Positions 23,042 through 32,553 of a DNA stretch of 64,000 nt are shown in pieces. The translations under genes were made by a program, and so were the position numbers. The DNA comes from Histomonas meleagridis 2922-C6/04-290x (taxonomy: Eukaryota; Protista; Parabasalia): contig JAANOX010000280.1 in NCBI GenBank assembly GCA_020184695.1, forward strand, positions 434,001-498,000, read 5' to 3'. Position 1 is the stretch's first letter; every line of letters starts with the position of its first letter. The notes below the pieces were generated by a model, which saw only the letters and a program-made list of their open reading frames with translations, had not been told where the DNA came from and did not search any database.

Positions 23042-25868
23042 ATGAGAGAAGAGCTTTCGAAAAAACTTAAAAGTAGATTAAATCTGATGTTTGAACTCGA
23101 AAGAAGAGTTTTTAAGGAAAAAGAAAATATTACTCAAACTTCAAGTTTCATAATTAACAATTCTGATAATGAATATCCTTTATCTTATGATATATTAGTC
23201 AACCAAATGATATATAATTTATTTACTCTAAAAATCAATAATCCAGATGAATATTTAAATTTTATCATAGAAATCTTAAGAAATAAATCTAAAAGTTATT
23301 TTATTAAAATACTTCTGAATGATCAAACACAAGAAGCTTATTATCTTCTTGAGAAAATGATTGAAAATAATTTACTTGAACCAAAAGTTATAAATGAAAA
23401 TCCATATTTTGTACATTATATGAAAGAAAATGAAATTGAAAATATGCTTAGAAATAACAATGAATTTATTAACGAAATAAAAGAAAATTATGATAATCTT
23501 TCAAAGAATGATTGGGAACTTCATAAGCAATTAATCAAAGAAGGACATAATCCAAATGAAATTGCGAAAATAATTCGAAATGATGAAATTGAAAAACTTC
23601 AAGAAATATCATCACAAACAAATTTTAATTTTAATCAAACAATTAAACCATCACTTTATGAAAGATGTTCATTTGTTAATCAAAACAATGTTTCATTAAT
23701 TGATTATGCAGCATTTTTTTCATCAGTTAAATGTTTTAAATATCTGCTTTTGAATGGCGCAAAAGTAACGAATGCAGGTAAATATGCCGTTGCAGGCGGA
23801 AATGAAGAAATCATTCATTTGTGTGAGCAGAATCATTCTTCATTTAATGGCGCATATGAAGCAGCAATTAAATTCCATCAAGATGATATATTTAAATATA
23901 TTTATGAAAATAAAATTGAAAAAATTAATAATTATGCAGAATTAGGATGGAAGTGTATTTTAGTTCAAAATTATACGATTTTTTCATTTTTGTTTCAAAG
24001 AGAAAAAATAGTTAATATTTCTCTTATTAATGAAAGCGCAAGAAAAGGTAATCTGTTTTTGACTTTATGGCTTTTAACAATATATATTCCACCAAAAAAT
24101 ATCCTAATTTTTGCATCAGAATCTGGAAATACTGAGCTTGTTAAATCACTTCTAAAATTTGAAGGAATTGATGTTAATGTTAAAACTATTTATTTGTATC
24201 ATATAACATTTATCTTAATAATTTGATATTTCAAAAAAATATTTGGAATTTTTTCAAAATATTTAATACACCACTTATAATTGAAGCAAAAAATGGTCAT
24301 ATAGAAACTGTCAAATTACTTCTTGAACAAGAAGGAATTGATGTTAATGTAAAAAATATTTACTTTTTGAATTTAAAATTTATTTTATTGATTTGATATT
24401 TCAATATAATATTTGGAAATTATTTAACTTATTTAAAACAGCATTTTTTTTAGCATTCGAAAATGGTTATGTCGAAATTGCTAAATTATTTCTTGAACAT
24501 AAAAAATTTAATTTGTATTGTATTTATTTATTTAATTTGAAATTTATTTTTATAATTGCAATTTGATATTTCAAAAAAATAGTTGAAAATTATTTAAAAT
24601 TATTGACGTATTAGTTGTAATTGCATCAAGCAAAGGCTATACAGAAATAGTTAAATTACTTATTGAGAAATACTTAAATGATGTTAATGATAAAGTATTT
24701 ATTTATATGTTTCATATGATGTTTCAAAATAATATTTGGGATTTACTTAAAATATTTAAGACTCCACTTATGGCAGCATCTGAAAATGGTCATATAGAAA
24801 TTGTTAAATTACTTCTTGAACAAAAAGGGATTAATGTTAATGAAAGAAATATTTATTTGTATTAAACAAATTTTATTTATACCATTTTATATTTTATAAT
24901 AATTATTGGAAATTATTTAAAATATTTTATACGGCATTTATTTTAGCATCAAAAAATGGTCATACAGAAATAGTCAAATTACTTATTGCACATGGCGGTA
25001 TTAATTTTAATGCAAAAATTATTTATTTATTTTATTTTGGGCTTATTTTAATCATTTGGTGTTTTATAATAGTAATTGAAGATTCATCAAAATATTTTAT
25101 ACGGCATTTATTTTAGCATCAAAAAATGGTCATACAGAAACTGTTAAGTTACTTCTTGAACAAAACGTATTTGATATTAATTATAGTGGTGCTTATTTAT
25201 TTTATTTTGTATTTGTTATAATTATTCGACATTTCAAAATAGTAATTAGAAATTCTTTAAAATATATGATACACCACTTATCTATGCATCAGAAAATGGC
25301 CATACAGAAATTGTTAAAATACTTCTTAAACAAAAAGGAATAGATGTTAATGCAAAAAATATTTACTTTTTTAATACGAAATTTATTTTAATAACTTGCC
25401 ATTTCAAAATAATAATTGGAAATTCTTGAAAATATTTCGTACAGCATTAATTTCTGCAGCACAAAATGGTCATATAGAAATTGTTAGTTTACTTCTTGAA
25501 CATGAAGGAATTTCTGTTAATGCTAAAGGTATTTATTCGTATTATTTTATATTTATTTTAATAATTTCATATTTCAAAATAATATTTAGAAATTCTTCAA
25601 AATATTTGGTACAGCACTTACATTTGCATCAGAAAAAGGTTATACAGAAATTGTTGAATTACTTCTTGGACATAGAAGAATTAACATTAAAGCTAAATAT
25701 ATTTATTTGTTTCATTTAATATTTAAAAATAATATTTGGGAATTATTGAAAATATTTAAAACATCACTTCAGTTAGCATCTGAAAATGGCCATACAGAAA
25801 TTGTTAATTTACTTCATGAATATGAAAGAATTACTGATGACGGAAAGAAAGATTGTTCTATTCAATAG
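23042..25868 (+). CDS. DUF3447/ankyrin-repeat protein with spacer-interrupted ankyrin cassettes and a C-terminal CaaX-like motif
   Basis: N-terminal trichomonad ankyrin-family domain (EGHNPNEIAKIIRND, LIDYAAFFSSVKCFKYLL, KYAVAGGNEEIIHLCEQ). Ten more open ankyrin cores start at 24268, 24438, 24608, 24761, 24931, 25101, 25271, 25441, 25611 and 25761, and the last ends DCSIQ-TAG. Confidence 0.75.
24191..25760 (+). repeat. Tandem array with a 170-nt period (93-nt ankyrin core plus 77-nt conserved spacer)
   Basis: Successive core starts differ by 170 nt in 7 of 9 intervals (the others are 153 and 150). Spacer consensus is approximately TATTTGTTTTATTTGAAATTTATTTTAATAATTTGATATTTCAAAATAATATTTGGAAATTATTTAAAATATTTNNN. 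Confidence 0.92.
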
Positions 25869-26532
25869 AAATGATAAATATGCGAAATAGCTTTTTATAT
25901 ATTCTGAAAATAATAAAAACATATTAAGAATGAAGGTATTTTTCATACATAAGAATCAAAGTTTTATTACACATCAGATGATCCCAACTGAAATTTGAAT
26001 TGGAACACAATTTTCCCCACACATACGCCACTTTTTTACTATAGTTCACAATCTCTATCGTAAATATCCTTTAATCAGGGGTGCTCCAATGCTATGTCTG
26101 CAAGTAAAACCTGATTTAAGAACGAGAATGGAAAAACAATTAGAAGAAGAGAAGATTTTTCTTCCATAATATTGATAAAATTATTTAATTTCGATTTTTT
26201 GTATGTTTTTTATTTAGCACAAAAATGGATTAATCCTAATGCTAAAAATATTTATTTGTTTTATTTAAAAAAGGCCGAAATAACGTTTGGCACTCATTTA
26301 AGTTATTTAATACATCATTTATGCTTGGATCTAAACACAACAATCATTTTCAATCCTGAAAACAGTAAACTTTTGGAATAAACGATAGAATTTATATAGC
26401 CCGATAATAATTTTCTAAATAAAACGATTAGATGATCATTGAATTTCCTATCGGTAATGTGCGATGATAGAAAAGTCACTTTTTATATCAACGAGCACTG
26501 TAAATTCAATCGATTGAACCGTTGTTCTGACA

Positions 26533-28104
26533 ATGCTTTTTTCCCTTCTTTTTGTATCTTCTGCATTATCAAAGTCACTTTCTGTTTATTACAACATTTC
26601 AAGTACTTCTTACTATGCAGTAGAAGATACATATGATTCAAATGCTTATGCTCGCGCACTACTTTTTGATAATGTTCAAAAGAATGGATGGTATGACCTC
26701 CATGTTGAATCAAACGGAGCGCAAGTTGATCAAATTCAAGCTTATGCAGCTGGATACGCTGAAGGCGTTATAAATCATGATTTCTACAAAAATTTCAGAT
26801 CAAACTTTATCACAAATTTGTGTAACAAATACATCAAATGTGACACCCAAGGTTCTCTTCCTGCCAATGTTGTTGAATGGCTTTCTCAAAATTATGATTG
26901 GGTTTCAAATAATATTGCTCAATCTGAAAAGAATACTCCGTTTTATTGGGCCGCTGATGTTTTCCTTGAGCAACTTAAAGGTATTGTTGCAGGTTATAAT
27001 TCAGTTGATCCAAATTCTCAAATCACAATTCTTGATCTTTGGATTTTAAACAGTCGTAGTGAAATATTTAACATATACCGTAAACTTAATGGCATAGATC
27101 CAACTGTAGAACCAGTTATAGAACGTAGAGGCACATCTTTTGTAACTCCATTTGGTGATCATGAAAATCTTGTTATTGCTCACTCAACATGGGCATCATA
27201 TGGCGATTCGATCAAAATTTCCAAACGTTATCGTCTTCCATTCCACAATGCATATTCTAAAATTGAACGTCGATCACTTTCTAGCTATCCATTCATGCTT
27301 CACTCTGATCAAGGCATGACAATTACTGATCATGGAATGATTATTACAGCCACATCTATTGCCATTGCCAATCAAGCACTTTATTATCAAATCAATTTCC
27401 AAGGATTTCCATTTTGGCTTCGTGAACTTATTGCAGATCAAACTTCCCATAATAACTTTGAATGGTATGACAATTACAAGCCATTCCAAAGCGGCTGTGC
27501 TGGAATTGAGTGGACAATTGTCAACATGAAGCAGTTCCTCTATCGTAACGCCTTTTTGAGGCACACCGTTTCGGTTGTTGATGAAATTCCTGGCTCAATT
27601 ACGCGAACTGACGTCACAGCGGTTGCCGAGTCCAACGGTTATTTCGCATCGTTTGATGTTCCGTATGACGAAGACATCTTTAAAGAAGCTGGTTACCAAA
27701 CACTTGAAACCAATCACCCTGAGTTTTATTCATATAACCAAAGCGCAAGGCATAAGATCCTTAGAGACAGAGCACCACTTGTTAAAGATCGCGAATCAGC
27801 AAGAACTTTAATCAGATATAATGATGTAAATGATCCTTACCAAGCAGCAAGAAAGGACTTAGGTATATCTGCCAGACAGGAAAATATCGCAAACGCATAT
27901 TGCGCTGGAGCAGTTGATGCAAAACTAACAACAATTCCAAAGGCACTCCACTTGAACTGGGAAGGCGCAATCGGCCCGAACTTTGATGATGGCGATAAAT
28001 TCGAATTTAGCAAGTACCAGATCTGCCAGTTCAGCAAGCACGACGGAGTGCCTGACCAGCTGGCATTCAAATGGGCTCAACATTACTTTGATATTGACCT
28101 CTGA
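26533..28104 (+). CDS. Phospholipase B-like (Ntn-hydrolase, PLBD family) secreted/lysosomal protein
   Basis: Signal peptide MLFSLLFVSSALS; motifs NGWYDLHVE, QAYAAGYAEG, LVIAHSTW, SSYP, IRYND and GAVDAK. Confidence 0.85.
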   Translation: MLFSLLFVSSALSKSLSVYYNISSTSYYAVEDTYDSNAYARALLFDNVQKNGWYDLHVESNGAQVDQIQAYAAGYAEGVINHDFYKNFRSNFITNLCNKYIKCDTQGSLPANVVEWLSQNYDWVSNNIAQSEKNTPFYWAADVFLEQLKGIVAGYNSVDPNSQITILDLWILNSRSEIFNIYRKLNGIDPTVEPVIERRGTSFVTPFGDHENLVIAHSTWASYGDSIKISKRYRLPFHNAYSKIERRSLSSYPFMLHSDQGMTITDHGMIITATSIAIANQALYYQINFQGFPFWLRELIADQTSHNNFEWYDNYKPFQSGCAGIEWTIVNMKQFLYRNAFLRHTVSVVDEIPGSITRTDVTAVAESNGYFASFDVPYDEDIFKEAGYQTLETNHPEFYSYNQSARHKILRDRAPLVKDRESARTLIRYNDVNDPYQAARKDLGISARQENIANAYCAGAVDAKLTTIPKALHLNWEGAIGPNFDDGDKFEFSKYQICQFSKHDGVPDQLAFKWAQHYFDIDL

Positions 28105-28700
28105 ATAAACCATTAAACTAGATGAAAAGTGTTTCATGAGAAATATTTCACATGCATTTTCTTTAATGATGTTGATTTGTTTGGTACGAAAGTACTTTTT
28201 GGCTGTAAATTGTTGTGTTGCAGATGTTTTTATATTCATCATTCACTATTTTTGGTAAGAATTAGTAAAAAAAAAAAAAGATTTTGTTATTAGGATATGA
28301 ATATGGTATTTTTAACATTCATTGTGTTAGGAATTGAAATTAATTGAGTAAATATAAAAGAATGCGATAAGTTAGAAAAGTTTGAATTTAAACATATAAT
28401 AAATATATTTGTTCGCGTAAATGTATTTGATAATGATCTTCTTGGTTTAATGGATGGAATACTTGTGATAATATATATGATTTAGTAAAAGTATGAATCT
28501 CTCTCACAATATATATAATACATGAAAGCGGATTTGTCAAATTTCGTACCATAAGATTGGGAACAATTAAAAAGAATCATGCATGTTGGTGCATAATGAT
28601 AAAATAATGTTTCATTGGAAATTTATTTAATTCCAGAGATTAAAAACACAAATTGTAATTTATAATATAAATTACAAATTTTATTCATAGACAAAAAAAA

Positions 28701-31700
28701 TTATCCGCTTTGTACTCCTGCTTTTTCTTCTTCTGCTTCTTTAGCCTTTTCTTTCCATACCTCTAAATTAGCACTTACAGAATCCGCATTTACCTGTAAC
28801 TCTGGAAGCATTCTGGCAACCGCCGTGTAAAGTGGTAAGCATACAAAAGTATAGAATCCTATTTGACCGTTAGGTTTGTCAACGTTATCTCTATCGTTCA
28901 GTTTAGACGATACACCCCAACCGTGCGCCTTTTCGAGATCGCCCTGTCTCCAAAACTCTTCTGATAATATATCACACCATCTATCAGCAATTTCAAATGG
29001 CCTTGACACGTTTGATATATCTGCGATTTTAATTAACATTGTCATAACCATCATTCTATGCATTTCATTTGATAAGTTAATAGGACCTTGATCCATAATA
29101 TCGTTAGCATTTTTCAACAACTTAAAGTGGTGAGCCATATCTGTTGCCAAAATCAGTTGAATAATCCAATGCCAAATTTTTATGCTATCATTTTCTGGTA
29201 TTGCGTGGAATATATTACAATTACTTTGTGACAATATTTGTATTGTCATTGCACAATGATGCATTTCCATCACACTAATATCCTTATACAATATGCCCAA
29301 AGGTGTTTCAGCCCTTTGATTATAAGGATTATTTAACCCACTATGATTAGTATCATGACAAATGGCTGCTGTACAAATTGCCAATAATTCATTAGATGTC
29401 AAAATTGAATCCAATTTTGCGATATGTATTTGATACACCACATATTGTAACACGTCAATAGCGTGGATCCAATTATGATAAGGCACGTCATTATAATAAC
29501 TTTTCAACGTGTACAAAAACACGAAAAACAATTCGTTATGAATTTGGTACTTTTCGAGTAAACCAAACGAATTAAATGCGAAGAAAGCGACTTTAAAGAG
29601 GCCGATACCATTCCAATCCACGCAGAAGAAGTTAATCGAAAGTATTTCATTTTGTTTCGCAGGTTCTATTTGAAGTCTTTCTGGTATAATATATGATTTT
29701 CTTTCTATTTCACCAATCCATTTTGCCATTTCTACTTCTGCTTTACCATGTTCTATAATCATTTTTTGTTTTCTATTTTCGAGACGTAATCCAATAAACG
29801 CTGCGAATTTCTCTGCTATTTTTAAGTCTTCTTGATTATATTCATTATTCACTTTCTTATTCACTAATTCAAGTACTGCTAATGGCTCATCATCATTATT
29901 AGTATTAAAAATAGGAACAGCGATTAATGACTTTGTTTTATAACCATTATTTAAGTCACCGCTTTGATTAAATACTTTCTCTCGATATGGATTATTAGTT
30001 AAAATTGGCTTTTTGATCTCAATCGAATGCCCTGCAATAGAATTTGGTATTGGAAATGTCGATGGTATTTTCGGCCCATTAATAACATAAGTTGTAATAA
30101 CATTTAATATATTATCAACTAAATATAATGTGGAACCTTCTGAGTTTGTTGATACTTGTACTAAGTTTATTATCTTCTTCATTTCTTCACGTATATTATT
30201 ATCATGGAAATCAGAAATTAATGAATGAAATTGTATTGTCCGCTTTTTGAGTTTGGTGAAGTTCCGATAATTCGCTAATATTAACGCGGAAAGTTGTGAA
30301 TATATTTTAGCAAATCCAATGTCGAGTTTCGAATATGGTTTCCCGTCTAATTTGTTGAGTAGTTGAATAACGCCAATGTTTTTATCATGTATAGACTTAA
30401 CTGGAACTGATAATAATGTTTTCGTTTTGTATCCTGTTTCTAAATCGATTGTTGAATCGAAATTTGGATCTTCATATGAATCAGGAACATTAAATATCGT
30501 CGAGTCTCTATACGTGGCACCAACTATACCTCTGTCAACAGGTACTGTAATCGAATCTTTTAATGATGAATAATATTTCGTTTGTAATAACTTCTCTTTT
30601 TTGTTATATATAAATAATGAGCAACGATCTGAAGTTGTGACTTTCTCAAGTTTCGACATAATATTTCCAACGATTTTCTCCGGGTTTTCGTTCTTTAATA
30701 TCATGTCAAAGATTGTGATTAAGTCTTGAACACAATTATGTTCATTTAAGTTCGATTGTCCCGTTTTGTTTTGTGTGGAATGTTTTTCGATGTTTGAAAT
30801 TGAGACGACTAAATATGGTGCGATTTTCTTGAGGAGTTGTTCATCATGTTGTGTGAAGACTGATGAATTTTGTTTACCTTTTAAGACAATCGCATAATCT
30901 GAATCATTAATACCGGCTAAAACTGGTAAGATTAAAAGTGATTCATTAATGTCCCCATCAACTGATTGATAATAACTACTCCGCATTTTGGAGGCATCAC
31001 AATTAATTAATAATTGCTTACGAAACGCTTCACCTATAATTCCGCATAAACCATTCGACATTTTGACTAGAGAGCGGTTGTACTTAAAAAGTTCATCCGT
31101 AACGGTGTTGTGCTTCCAAATCTCGGCGGTTTCACATTGAAATAATATTGACACTTTCTTTTGAAAAAGTAGCAAAAATTGATCGATTTCCATAAGCTGA
31201 AGAAGCTCTAATAAGATTTGATCTGGTTGTTCAATGGTTGTCAGCCATCGACTATAAATTTTAAACTTTTTTACAAAATATGATATAAAAGATTCATCTT
31301 CACTTGAAAAATAATTAGCTGGCGCTTTAAATACTTGAACAACTGCACAAACACTATTGGTATAATCCCATAAGGGAAAATACATTTGTGGATAATTAGA
31401 AGGACCTCCAAGACCATCAACTTCAGGTTTATAATCATTGTTAGATAATGGATCGTTTACGATATTCGTATGTCGTGAAAAAAAAGTATTCCCAATAATT
31501 CCTTCAGTATGGCCTATGGATTTGGATAATTTAGATGAATATAGAACTTGTAATGAAGGAATATCTTGCCAAAAAATTACATTCTCGGCATATAAATTTT
31601 CTTTTAAAATGGTTTCTATTGACTCAAATACAGGATGCGTGTGAGTATATGTTAGAAATGAATCCATAATTTTTTCATACCTTTGCATTTTTTCAAGTAA

Positions 31701-31958
31701 TGCATGTGTGATTCTTGAAGAACGAGAATTATCTATAAATGTTAAACCTTTATCTAATTCTTGTAAATGTGGATTTGGGTTTTGGTGTTGTTTTTCTTGT
31801 ACAGTTTTTGTTGGTGATTGGAATAATGGAGGCTTTGAAAGTCCTAATGAAGGTATTTTATATGGCATTTGAGGATTTGGTGCTTCTTTTCGAATAAATG
31901 GGGTGATAGTTCTATGTCCTTTTTTATAAGAAAACGAATTTGAAACTCTGTTCCTCAT
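28701..31958 (-). CDS. Class I cyclic nucleotide phosphodiesterase with multiple GAF domains
   Basis: Catalytic motifs YHNWIHAIDV, CHDTNH, ILATDMAHH, KIADISN, EFWRQGD and QIGF. GAF motifs include DLETGYKTKTLLSVP and NGYKTKSLIAVP. Confidence 0.95.
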   Translation of the reverse strand: MRNRVSNSFSYKKGHRTITPFIRKEAPNPQMPYKIPSLGLSKPPLFQSPTKTVQEKQHQNPNPHLQELDKGLTFIDNSRSSRITHALLEKMQRYEKIMDSFLTYTHTHPVFESIETILKENLYAENVIFWQDIPSLQVLYSSKLSKSIGHTEGIIGNTFFSRHTNIVNDPLSNNDYKPEVDGLGGPSNYPQMYFPLWDYTNSVCAVVQVFKAPANYFSSEDESFISYFVKKFKIYSRWLTTIEQPDQILLELLQLMEIDQFLLLFQKKVSILFQCETAEIWKHNTVTDELFKYNRSLVKMSNGLCGIIGEAFRKQLLINCDASKMRSSYYQSVDGDINESLLILPVLAGINDSDYAIVLKGKQNSSVFTQHDEQLLKKIAPYLVVSISNIEKHSTQNKTGQSNLNEHNCVQDLITIFDMILKNENPEKIVGNIMSKLEKVTTSDRCSLFIYNKKEKLLQTKYYSSLKDSITVPVDRGIVGATYRDSTIFNVPDSYEDPNFDSTIDLETGYKTKTLLSVPVKSIHDKNIGVIQLLNKLDGKPYSKLDIGFAKIYSQLSALILANYRNFTKLKKRTIQFHSLISDFHDNNIREEMKKIINLVQVSTNSEGSTLYLVDNILNVITTYVINGPKIPSTFPIPNSIAGHSIEIKKPILTNNPYREKVFNQSGDLNNGYKTKSLIAVPIFNTNNDDEPLAVLELVNKKVNNEYNQEDLKIAEKFAAFIGLRLENRKQKMIIEHGKAEVEMAKWIGEIERKSYIIPERLQIEPAKQNEILSINFFCVDWNGIGLFKVAFFAFNSFGLLEKYQIHNELFFVFLYTLKSYYNDVPYHNWIHAIDVLQYVVYQIHIAKLDSILTSNELLAICTAAICHDTNHSGLNNPYNQRAETPLGILYKDISVMEMHHCAMTIQILSQSNCNIFHAIPENDSIKIWHWIIQLILATDMAHHFKLLKNANDIMDQGPINLSNEMHRMMVMTMLIKIADISNVSRPFEIADRWCDILSEEFWRQGDLEKAHGWGVSSKLNDRDNVDKPNGQIGFYTFVCLPLYTAVARMLPELQVNADSVSANLEVWKEKAKEAEEEKAGVQSG

Positions 31959-32153
31959 CTAAAAATCCGTTATAAAAAACCAAAGAACCAAATAACCTCA
32001 GAAAAAAAATTTTATAACCAAACACCAAATATTTTTAATCTATATAGAAATATTTAGTGTTCCAACGGGAAATTATAAATATGATAGATTTTTAATTAAA
32101 TTTATTTCAAAATTTTCATTTATTAAAATTATGATCATAATGTAATAATATTA

Positions 32154-32489
32154 TTACTTCCACATCATGTAGTGTCGAAAACAACAATCTAAAAATGAAT
32201 AAGTTACTAGGTATAAAATAAAATTCTGAAACGCAAATTTAATTTCTGCCCCAAATGATGGTTCTTTTGGAATTTTTTTGATATGTAAATATAAAACAAC
32301 AAATCCGTAAGTAATGCCCCAACAAGATGTGCTGAAATCAAATGGTAAAGTAAATAACTTTGTTAAAAATCCAATAAGAAAACTTGCAAGAAATCTCAAA
32401 ACAGATTCCTTATATCTTGGTTTATACATTTTTGGTGGTTGTGGGATTGGAAATCCAATTTGTTCGAGCATTTTTTGTTGGTTGAACAT
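32154..32489 (-). CDS. Small predicted membrane protein
   Basis: ORF with 2-3 hydrophobic segments; ATG at 32489, divergent from the WD40 gene 64 nt away. Confidence 0.5.
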   Translation of the reverse strand: MFNQQKMLEQIGFPIPQPPKMYKPRYKESVLRFLASFLIGFLTKLFTLPFDFSTSCWGITYGFVVLYLHIKKIPKEPSFGAEIKFAFQNFILYLVTYSFLDCCFRHYMMWK

Positions 32490-32553
32490 TTTATTATGGG
32501 ATTGAAGTGATAACTTTTTCAATACTTTAAAAATTGAAGAGAACGTTTATTAA

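Noticed and set aside
24224-24226. UGA reassignment or readthrough as the explanation for spacer stops
   Set aside because: TGA terminates normal genes here (4689, 21590, 33990). Spacers also contain TAA/TAG, and the frame still shifts.
24191-24271. Spacers as ordinary GT-AG introns (GT at spacer position 6, AG in ACA-G)
   Set aside because: Neither dinucleotide is conserved across spacers (TACTTT, TATTTA; ACACCA, ACGGCA, ACTCCA). Where both occur, excision leaves 7 nt and is out of frame.
24430-24440. Uniform -1 ribosomal frameshift at T TTA AAA at the spacer end
   Set aside because: The heptamer is present in only some spacers, and upstream in-frame stops would terminate translation first in about half of them.
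24191-25760. CRISPR-like array
   Set aside because: The variable parts are ankyrin-coding paralogs, the repeats are long and degenerate, the context is eukaryotic, and there are no cas genes.
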